Positions 16,624 to 23,892 of a stretch of DNA of 32,000 bases are shown here, one piece after another; the stretch's first letter is position 1, and each line of letters opens with the position of its first letter. Source of the DNA: Gordonia zhenghanii (GTDB lineage: Bacteria > Actinomycetota > Actinomycetes > Mycobacteriales > Mycobacteriaceae). The translations under genes and the position numbers were made by a program. The notes beneath the pieces are model-generated. The model saw only the letters and a program-made list of their open reading frames with translations, searched no databases and was not told the DNA's origin. Where the stretch lies: positions 125,620 to 157,619 of the forward strand of contig NZ_JAKKOQ010000007.1 of the NCBI RefSeq assembly GCF_021738965.1, in the 5' to 3' direction.

Positions 16624-17279
16624 CCACGTACCGCCTGTTTCTCGTCGACGACCACGGAGTGTTCCGCTCCGGGGTGCGCGCCGAACTCGCAGGCGAGGAC
16701 GGGCTGGACGTGGTCGGCGACGCGGGGACCGTCAGCGAGGCGATTGCGCAGATCACCCAGACCCGGCCCGACGTCGTACTGCTCGACGTCCACATGCCCG
16801 GCGGGGGAGGCGTCGCCGTGCTGCGCGGCGTCACCGACGCCCTCGGATCCGACGCGCCGGTGTTCCTGGCGCTGTCGGTGTCGGACGCGGCCACCGACGT
16901 CATCGCCACCATCCGCGCAGGCGCACGCGGCTATGTCACCAAGACCATCGACGGCAGCGAACTGGCCGACGCCGTGCGACGCGTCGCCGAGGGCGACGCC
17001 GTGTTCAGCCCGCGACTGGCCGGATTCGTCCTCGACTCGTTCACCGGGAAGTCGGCGGTGCCCGAACCGCATCTGGACCCCGAACTCGACTCGCTCACCA
17101 AACGCGAACTCGAAGTGCTCCGGCTGTTGGCCCGCGGATATACGTACCGCGAGATCGCGGAAGAACTCTTCATCTCGGTGAAGACCGTGGAGACGCATGC
17201 CTCGAACGTGCTGCGCAAGACCCAGCAGTCGAACCGGAACGCGTTGACCCGGTGGGCGGTTAATCGGCAGTTGGGGTGA
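16620..17279 (+). CDS. LuxR/NarL-family response regulator
   Basis: ATGA overlap with the kinase stop. Receiver domain (LVDDH...DVVLLDVHMPGG) plus a LuxR HTH (TKRELEVLRLLARGYTYREIAEELFISVKTVETHASNVLRK). Confidence 0.9.
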   Translation: MTTYRLFLVDDHGVFRSGVRAELAGEDGLDVVGDAGTVSEAIAQITQTRPDVVLLDVHMPGGGGVAVLRGVTDALGSDAPVFLALSVSDAATDVIATIRAGARGYVTKTIDGSELADAVRRVAEGDAVFSPRLAGFVLDSFTGKSAVPEPHLDPELDSLTKRELEVLRLLARGYTYREIAEELFISVKTVETHASNVLRKTQQSNRNALTRWAVNRQLG

Positions 17280-17531
17280 GTTATGGTGCGGCTGGGAGGG
17301 TTTCGACTCGCAAGCTCGCTCAACCAACTACAAAAGAGGACTCGCTCAACTGACTGCGAAAGAGACCGCTGGCCGCAAAAAAATACGGGCCGCCGGCTGC
17401 TGGAAATTGGCACACGTAGGGCACCTCTACAGGTGAAATACCGAGGTTAGCCCCACTGCTCGGGAACATATCGTCGGTATATCGAGAATCGCATACGTCC
17501 TGGCAACGTCGCGTTGTCTTGACTAGTCCAC

Positions 17532-18575
17532 ATGGTTTCAACCGAACTGAGTCCCACCTCCCGGGCGGACATTGCGAGAGTCCACGACCGACCGTTGGCC
17601 ACGTCGAGTAATCGGCCTCCTTCAACGGAGATCGCGGCCTTCGGGTGCGGCGACGACGAAGCGATGTTGTTCCGGACGGTTGGCAATCGTCTCGGAGTGT
17701 CGCTGACCGTCACTGCCGCGGCCGTCGATGAGACGAATGCCGAACTGGCTCGTGGTAGCCGCTGCATCAGCGTGAGTCATAGAAATCAGATCACCCACTC
17801 CATGCTGCATGCACTCAGCGGAGTCGGCGTGGAGTACATCTCCACCAGGAGCGTCGGCTACGACCATATCGACCTCGATTACGCGAGGGCCGTCGGCATC
17901 TCCGTCGGCAATGTCGCGTATTCACCGAATGGCGTCGCCGACTACACCGTGATGTTGATGCTGATGGCCGTCCGCCATACGAAGTCCACTATCCGCCGTA
18001 CCGACTCGCACGATTACCGACTGGGTGTGAACAGGGGCAAGGAACTACGGGACTTGACGGTCGGTGTGGTCGGGACCGGAAGGATCGGGACCGCGGTGGT
18101 CGACCGGTTGCGCGGGTTCGGGTGCCGCATTCTCACCCATGACCAACGGGCCGAGTCTTCCGATGCGACTCTCGACGAACTAATAGATCAGAGTGACATC
18201 GTCACGCTCCACACCCCGCTCACTGCTGGCACCCATCACTTGCTCGATCACGAGCGTATCGGGCGAATGAAACCGGGATCCTTCGTGGTCAACACAGGTC
18301 GAGGGGCGCTGCTCGACACCGAAGCGCTCATCGTCGCGCTAGAAGACGGACGGTTAGCCGGTGCAGCGCTGGACGTCCTCGAAGGCGAGGAAGGAGTCTT
18401 CTACTCAGATTCCAGCAGCACGATCGTCGAGAACCATCTACTGGCGCACCTACAGCGCCTGCCGAATGTGTTGATCACTCCACATTCGGCCTATTACACA
18501 GACCACGCGCTGAACGACATCGTCGAAAACAGCATCGTCAACTGCCTGAACTTTGAAATCGGGAGAACAGCATGA
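17532..18575 (+). CDS. vanH: D-lactate dehydrogenase VanH (D-isomer-specific 2-hydroxyacid dehydrogenase)
   Basis: Collinear with enterococcal VanH as I remember it: YISTRSVGYDHIDLDYA, NVAYSPNGVADYTVMLMLMAVR, VGVVGTGRIGTAV..LRGFGC, TLHTPL, NTGRGALLDT, AALDVLEGEEGVFYSD, ITPHSAYYT. The first ~30 codons may be an over-extension. Confidence 0.9.
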   Translation: MVSTELSPTSRADIARVHDRPLATSSNRPPSTEIAAFGCGDDEAMLFRTVGNRLGVSLTVTAAAVDETNAELARGSRCISVSHRNQITHSMLHALSGVGVEYISTRSVGYDHIDLDYARAVGISVGNVAYSPNGVADYTVMLMLMAVRHTKSTIRRTDSHDYRLGVNRGKELRDLTVGVVGTGRIGTAVVDRLRGFGCRILTHDQRAESSDATLDELIDQSDIVTLHTPLTAGTHHLLDHERIGRMKPGSFVVNTGRGALLDTEALIVALEDGRLAGAALDVLEGEEGVFYSDSSSTIVENHLLAHLQRLPNVLITPHSAYYTDHALNDIVENSIVNCLNFEIGRTA

Positions 18576-19612
18576 ACAGATTACGAGTCGCCGTCATCTT
18601 CGGAGGCGCTTCCGAAGAACATCAGATCTCAGTCAAATCGGCGATAGAGGTCGCGAAGAACCTCGACACCGACAAGTACGAACCGTTCTGGGTCGGCATC
18701 ACCACCAGCGGAGAATGGAAGCTGTGCGCCGCCCCTGCCCAGGGTTGGGACAATCAGAGCACCCGTGCCGCCGTGTTGTCGCCCGACACCGGCGTCCACG
18801 GACTCCTGGTCCAGTCCAACGAGGGCTACGAACGCGTCCGCCTCGATGTGGTCTTGCCCATGCTGCACGGAAAGCACGGCGAGGATGGCGCTATCCAAGG
18901 GCTGTTGGAGCTCGCTGGTATCCCATACGTCGGCTGCGGCGTCCAAGGATCGGCAGTCTGTATGGACAAGTCCCTGGCCTACACGGTCGCCAAGCACTCC
19001 GGAATCGCCACGCCAGAATTCTCAATCCTCTCCGATGGCGAGGAGGTCGATCCCGGACGGCTTCGTTATCCCGTATTCGTGAAGCCGGCCCGTTCGGGAT
19101 CGTCGTTCGGCGTCAGCAAGGTCACCGGAGTAGACGAGCTGCCGAGCGCGTTGAGCGAAGCACGCCTGTACGACTCGAAGGTCCTGATCGAGGAGGCGGT
19201 GCCCGGTAGCGAGGTCGGCTGCGCAGTCCTTGGAGAGAGGTTCGGCCTGATCACGGGAGAAGTGGACCGGGTCGAAATGTCGCACGGATTCTTTCGCATT
19301 CACCAGGAGGATGCGCCCGAGGAGGGGTCAGAGAATGCGACGTTCATCGTTCCGGCCGATATATCGGAGAAATCACGAGACCTCGTCCAGGCGACGGCAA
19401 AGACCATCTACCGTGCTCTCGGCTGCAAAGGGATCGCACGCGTCGACATGTTCCTCACCGAGGACGGCGACGTGGTCCTCAACGAAGTCAACACCATGCC
19501 TGGCATGACTTCCTACAGCCGTTACCCGCGGATGATGGCCGCCTCAGGGCTGTCGCTGAGCGATGTGATCGACCGACTCATCGCAATGACAATGTATGGG
19601 AAGAAGCGATGA
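18572..19612 (+). CDS. vanA: VanA-family D-alanine--(R)-lactate ligase (actinobacterial, VanO-like)
   Basis: Near-collinear with VanA. Shared blocks: MNRLRVAVIFGGASEEHQISVKSAIEVA, HGKHGEDGAIQGLLELAGIPYVGC, YPVFVKPARSGSSFGVSKV, FRIHQE...GSENA, and LNEVNTMPGMTSYSRYPRMMAA. ATGA overlap with vanH, with a GGGAGA RBS. Confidence 0.92.
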   Translation: MNRLRVAVIFGGASEEHQISVKSAIEVAKNLDTDKYEPFWVGITTSGEWKLCAAPAQGWDNQSTRAAVLSPDTGVHGLLVQSNEGYERVRLDVVLPMLHGKHGEDGAIQGLLELAGIPYVGCGVQGSAVCMDKSLAYTVAKHSGIATPEFSILSDGEEVDPGRLRYPVFVKPARSGSSFGVSKVTGVDELPSALSEARLYDSKVLIEEAVPGSEVGCAVLGERFGLITGEVDRVEMSHGFFRIHQEDAPEEGSENATFIVPADISEKSRDLVQATAKTIYRALGCKGIARVDMFLTEDGDVVLNEVNTMPGMTSYSRYPRMMAASGLSLSDVIDRLIAMTMYGKKR

Positions 19613-20217
19613 ATGCGGACTTCGTCTACGTCGACTCCGTCGTGCCGGCCGTTCGGTGGGACGCGAAGTATGCGACCTGGGACAATTTCACCGGAAAACC
19701 CGTCGACGGGTACTTCACGAATCGCATAGTAGGCACTCGGGCGTTGTGCACGGCTCTGGAGAAAGCACGTGACAGGGCGGCCTCTTTCGGGTTCGGTTTG
19801 CTTCTCTGGGACGGATATCGTCCGCAGCGCGCCGTCGACTGTTTCCTCCGCTGGTCGGCACTACCCGAGGATGGTCGAACAAAACGACGGCATTACCCCA
19901 ACATCGACCGGACCGAGATGGTCAAACACGGGTACGTTGCCGAGAAATCCGGCCACAGCCGGGGATGTTCGGTCGACTTGACGCTTTACCACCTTGCCAC
20001 CGATGAGCTCGCCCCGATGGGCGGCGGTCACGATCTGATGGATCCCATTTCGCATCTTCACGCTCCAGGCATCACACGTACCGAGGCCCGAAACCGTGAA
20101 TACCTCAGTTCCATCATGACCGATTCCGGGTTCGCCCCATACGACTCCGAATGGTGGCACTACACACTAAGAGACGAGCCATATCCCGATGTCCACTTCG
20201 ACTTCCCTATCATCTGA
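19609..20217 (+). CDS. vanX: D-Ala-D-Ala dipeptidase VanX
   Basis: VRWDAKYATWDNFTGKPVDGY, LLLWDGYRPQRAV, YPNIDRTEMV.KGYVAEKSGHSRGCSVDLTL and EWWHYTLRDEPYP are almost identical to the VanX consensus. ATGA overlap with the ligase gene. Confidence 0.92.
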   Translation: MNADFVYVDSVVPAVRWDAKYATWDNFTGKPVDGYFTNRIVGTRALCTALEKARDRAASFGFGLLLWDGYRPQRAVDCFLRWSALPEDGRTKRRHYPNIDRTEMVKHGYVAEKSGHSRGCSVDLTLYHLATDELAPMGGGHDLMDPISHLHAPGITRTEARNREYLSSIMTDSGFAPYDSEWWHYTLRDEPYPDVHFDFPII

Positions 20218-20860
20218 CCCGGGGCTCCATTGTGTTTCGCAATGGGGGCACCTGAGAAACAACGACTCGGTCGTCATGCGCCGTACCGACCCGTCCAAAC
20301 TGGAAGTCTTTCTGGGCGGCCCTGACCCGTCGAGACGCCACGACTGGGCCGCAGACGGATATCGCTCAAGCGAAGAGTATCTATTCTGGTCCCGAAAAGT
20401 CTGCGGTCTGGCATGTCTGCAGTCGCTGCTCCACAGTTGGACAGACATCCGCAGGACGATGGGCGACCTTCTCGCGCAAGCGTACGACTGGGGCTGCTAC
20501 ACAGTGGATTCGTCCGGCACAGTTCACGGGCTCATATACCGGCCATTCATGTCCTGGGTCAGCTCCGAGTTCGGATTCGACTGTGAGTTGGTCGAGCACA
20601 CGCCGATCCAGAAATCAGGGCGAAGCCTCGAGTCTGGGCAGGTCATGATCGCCTCGGTGTCTCCTGAGATTCGTGACCCAGACACCCCGGCGCCGCAACG
20701 TGGCGGGCACCTCGTGCTGGTGTATGCGGTCGACGATGGTGCAGTACGGTTCCACAACCCGTCTGGATACTCGCACAATTCGGACTCAGTATCGCTGTCC
20801 GCCAACGTATTCGAGCGCTTTCACGCAGACCGGGGCATCGTGATCGGGGGCGTTTCGTGA
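20189..20860 (+). CDS. Cytoplasmic papain-fold (peptidase C39-like/BtrH-like) cysteine peptidase homologue inside the van operon
   Basis: Candidate Gln/Cys/His/Asn arrangement: VSQW ... WSRKVCGLACLQSLL ... GGHLVLVYAVDDGAVRFHNPSG. No signal peptide. Overlaps vanX by 29 nt and murG by 4 nt (GTGA). The family assignment comes from motif pattern only. Confidence 0.5.
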   Translation: MSTSTSLSSDPGLHCVSQWGHLRNNDSVVMRRTDPSKLEVFLGGPDPSRRHDWAADGYRSSEEYLFWSRKVCGLACLQSLLHSWTDIRRTMGDLLAQAYDWGCYTVDSSGTVHGLIYRPFMSWVSSEFGFDCELVEHTPIQKSGRSLESGQVMIASVSPEIRDPDTPAPQRGGHLVLVYAVDDGAVRFHNPSGYSHNSDSVSLSANVFERFHADRGIVIGGVS

Positions 20861-21984
20861 TCCGAGAAGCTGCCCTCCGCATCGTCGTCGCCGGTGGTCA
20901 TTCGGCAGGTCATATCGAGCCTGCGATGAACCTCGCCGACGCAGTGCGGAGACTGGCGCCTACGGCTGAGATCACCGCGCTCGGCACCGTCCGCGGACTA
21001 GATACCACGCTCATTCCCGCCCGCGGCTACCAGCTCGAACTGATCCCGCCGGTACCTTTCTCGCGCAAACTCGACATAAACCTGTTTCAGACACCGACCA
21101 GGCTTCTCGACTCGATCCGAGTCGCCGGCGCGGTACTCGATCAGTCGGGCGCGGAGATCGTCGTCGGTTTCGGCGGCTATGTTGCACTGCCCGCGTATGT
21201 GGCCGCCCGGCGACGCCGTTTGCCGATCGTAGTCCACGAGGCGAACGCCCGACCTGGGCTGGCCAACCGGGTAGCAGCTCGGATGACGAGTCATGTTTTT
21301 ACCGCCACCTCACGTGTCCGCCTGCCCCACGCCATCCCGCTCGGCATCCCGATGCGACCCTCGATCACCGGACTCGACAGACGCGCACTGCGCAGTGCGG
21401 CCCGGCGCCGGTTCGGGCTGCGAGGTGATGGGGTCGTCCTACTGGTCACCGGCGGTTCCCAAGGTGCGGGGACGATCAACGCCGCGGTCTCCGGTGCTGT
21501 CGCAGCATTACGAGCGGCCGACATACAGGTCCTCCACATCACCGGGTCTCGGCACACCGTCCAGATACCCGCTGGACGGCCGTCCGATCCTCCATATGTA
21601 GTAGTCGACTACATGGACGAGATGCGGTACGCCTATGCCGCGGCAGACTTCACCGTCTGCCGCTCCGGAGCGATGACATGCGCGGAACTGTCCGCTGTCG
21701 GAATGCCCGCAACGTACGTCCCGCTGCCCCAGCGCGGAGGTGAACAAGCGTTGAACGCCGAGCCGATCGTTGCTGGCGGCGGGGCACTGCTCGTCGATGA
21801 CAGTGAGTTTGACCCGGCGTGGATTGAGACCAACCTCATCCCGGTGCTCACTAACCCCGAACAGATCGCCGCGATGTCAGCACATGCATCCGCAACGGGC
21901 GCACCCGATGCCGACACGGCCCTCGCCCGGTACGTGCTCGCCACAGTCACGCGAGAGAGACGTCATCGTCGGAGGGCCCTGTAG
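20857..21984 (+). CDS. murG: MurG-family UDP-GlcNAc:lipid I N-acetylglucosaminyltransferase (van-operon paralogue)
   Basis: LRIVVAGGHSAGHIEPAMNLADAV, IVVGFGGYVALPAYVAA, IVVHEANARPGLANR, LLVTGGSQGA, CRSGAMTCAELSAVGMPATYVPLP...GEQALNA is the MurG GT28 motif set. Confidence 0.85.
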   Translation: MIREAALRIVVAGGHSAGHIEPAMNLADAVRRLAPTAEITALGTVRGLDTTLIPARGYQLELIPPVPFSRKLDINLFQTPTRLLDSIRVAGAVLDQSGAEIVVGFGGYVALPAYVAARRRRLPIVVHEANARPGLANRVAARMTSHVFTATSRVRLPHAIPLGIPMRPSITGLDRRALRSAARRRFGLRGDGVVLLVTGGSQGAGTINAAVSGAVAALRAADIQVLHITGSRHTVQIPAGRPSDPPYVVVDYMDEMRYAYAAADFTVCRSGAMTCAELSAVGMPATYVPLPQRGGEQALNAEPIVAGGGALLVDDSEFDPAWIETNLIPVLTNPEQIAAMSAHASATGAPDADTALARYVLATVTRERRHRRRAL

Positions 21985-21991
21985 CCAGCGC

Positions 21992-22012
21992 TCACGGGCC
22001 GCGACCCCGTGG
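21992..22012. terminator. Hairpin in the 28-nt gap between the convergent murG and vanS
   Basis: cacggg-ccgcgac-cccgtg forms a perfect 6-bp stem (7 bp with a flanking U.G pair) and a 7-nt loop. It directly abuts the vanS stop codon. Confidence 0.3.
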
Positions 22013-23131
22013 CTAGGAGCTTGATCGGGCGGTGGCAGGTAGCCGTACTGTGCTGCACAGCCCGCCATCGGCATGCGGCCTGAGGGAGAGGTCTCCATCG
22101 TGGGCTTGGGCGATCCGGTTAGCGATCGCGAGCCCGAGACCGGCACCCACATGGTCGCCGCCGACGCGCTCAGTGCCGCGCTGGAACGGTTCGATGAGCG
22201 TGGAGATCACGCTGGGGTCGAGTTCGATGCCGGTGTTCTCGAAAGTGAGCTGTGCGGTGACACAGTCAGTGGCGGTGCCGATGTGGATACGGCCGTCGTC
22301 GCACAGATTGTGGACGATCGCGTTGTGTAGAAGGTTCGTCGCCAATTGCAGGAGCAGGGTATGGGACCCGTGACAGGGTGTCGGATTCAAATCTGTCTCT
22401 ATGGCGACGCCGTGCTTTTCTGCGAGCGGAAGCAACGTCTCGATGGCTTCGTCGGCGATAAGCGCCAGATCGACCTGGTGACGGTCAAAAGTTCTCTGGT
22501 CAACACGACTGAGCAAGAGGAGCGCCTCGGTGAGTTCGATAGCTCGAGTGTTGACCATGCGAAGCCGTTGATCGAGCTGACTGTCCTCGCGATCGGGATC
22601 GTTCAGCGCGACGTCGAGAAGGGTCTGCGTGATCGCAAGCGGGGTGCGCAGTTCATGGGAGGCGTTGGCCGCGAACCTCTGTTGCTCGGCATCCCGGATC
22701 TCGAGCTGCGCGAGCATAGCGTCGAACGCATCAGCGAGCTCCCGGAACTCGTCCTTGCGTCCCTCCATCTCGATTCGAAACGACAGCGACCCGCCTTGGG
22801 CCTTCCGTGCGGCATTCGAGATTCGGGTCAGCGGCGCAAGCATCCGCCCGGCAAGAATCCAACCGCCCACAAGACCGAACACCAGGAGGAATCCGATCAC
22901 AATGATCGCTGCGGGGACGAACACCACTGGGCCGAAATTGCTTGGGTCGAATACTCGACCGAAGTCAGCGAGAGCAGGGAACCGGAACGCTGTAGATCGA
23001 CCTCTCAGCAGGAACACCCAGACCGCGGCGAGCAGCAATACGCCTGCGAGTACGAGGAAGCTTGCATAGCTGAGTGTGAGCTTGAGGCGGACGCTCAGTC
23101 CCGGTGCCCTAGCCACCGCCGTCTCCGGCAC
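22013..23131 (-). CDS. vanS: VanS-like sensor histidine kinase
   Basis: Two N-terminal TM helices with a short loop, a HAMP domain, the H-box FAANASHELRTPLA, and an ATPase domain (NLLHNAIVHN, ENTG, GAGLGLAI). Paired with the OmpR-type regulator and convergent on the vanHAX operon. Confidence 0.8.
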   Translation of the reverse strand: MPETAVARAPGLSVRLKLTLSYASFLVLAGVLLLAAVWVFLLRGRSTAFRFPALADFGRVFDPSNFGPVVFVPAAIIVIGFLLVFGLVGGWILAGRMLAPLTRISNAARKAQGGSLSFRIEMEGRKDEFRELADAFDAMLAQLEIRDAEQQRFAANASHELRTPLAITQTLLDVALNDPDREDSQLDQRLRMVNTRAIELTEALLLLSRVDQRTFDRHQVDLALIADEAIETLLPLAEKHGVAIETDLNPTPCHGSHTLLLQLATNLLHNAIVHNLCDDGRIHIGTATDCVTAQLTFENTGIELDPSVISTLIEPFQRGTERVGGDHVGAGLGLAIANRIAQAHDGDLSLRPHADGGLCSTVRLPATARSSS

Positions 23132-23810
23132 TGGGGGCTGCGGCAGCGTCGATACGGTATCCCACGCCCGGCACCGTGGCGATCACCCACGGTTCGCCCA
23201 GCCTCCGCCTCAACGCCGATACCGTTATGCGCACGGCATTCGTGAACGGGTCAGCGTTCTCGTCCCATGCCCGCTCTAGTAACTCCTCGGCGCTGATCAC
23301 CCCGCCTTCAGCCTCTACGAGAACCTCTAGCACCGCGAACTGTTTTCGGGTGAGTGCCACGTACCGCCCACCTCGGTAAACCTCTCGGCGAAACGGATCT
23401 AACCGTAGGTCGGCGATCTCACTCACCGGTGGTCGGCTGTGGACGCGCCTTCGGCCGAGCGCACGTAGCCTGAGAACGAGTTCTTTGAGATCGAACGGTT
23501 TCGTGAGGTAGTCGTCCGCGCCGAGTTCAAATCCGGACGCCTTGTCGTCGAGTCGATCGGCCGCGGTCAGCATGAGAATCGGCATGCCGCTGCCCGACGC
23601 GATTATGTGTCGAGCAACTGTGTCGCCGGATGGCCCCGGGATATCACGATCGAGAACAGCGATGTCGTATGCGTTTACGTCTAACAACTCCAGGGCAGTG
23701 TCGCCGTTACCGGCGATATCGGCTGCGATCGCCTCCAGTCTCAGCCCATCGCGGATAGCCTCGGCCATGTAGAGCTCGTCCTCGACAACTAGTACACGCA
23801 TGATCTGCAT
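23109..23810 (-). CDS. vanR: VanR-like OmpR-family response regulator
   Basis: Receiver domain (MRVLVVEDE...DIAVLDRDIPG...TKPF) plus a winged-helix domain (LTRKQFAVLEVL...VRITVSALRRRLG...I.TVPGVGYRI). The likely start is ATG at 23801. Confidence 0.85.
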   Translation of the reverse strand: MQIMRVLVVEDELYMAEAIRDGLRLEAIAADIAGNGDTALELLDVNAYDIAVLDRDIPGPSGDTVARHIIASGSGMPILMLTAADRLDDKASGFELGADDYLTKPFDLKELVLRLRALGRRRVHSRPPVSEIADLRLDPFRREVYRGGRYVALTRKQFAVLEVLVEAEGGVISAEELLERAWDENADPFTNAVRITVSALRRRLGEPWVIATVPGVGYRIDAAAAPSAGDGGG

Positions 23811-23892
23811 GCTACGAGTTCACGTATATCGGCGATGTATTGAAAACTGTAGTCTGCGGTTGAAATCGTGCGATCTGGCAATCGCGAAGTCG

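Noticed and set aside
17468-17491. A candidate VanR operator. ATATCG is repeated at 11-bp spacing upstream of vanH, and the 8-mer GTATATCG is shared with the vanR upstream region (23824-23831).
   Set aside because: A shared 8-mer between two ~100-bp regions is roughly a one-in-three chance event. The vanR-side copy lies only about 14-30 nt from the start codon and in the opposite orientation relative to its gene. It might be worth a footprint, but the sequence alone does not support it.
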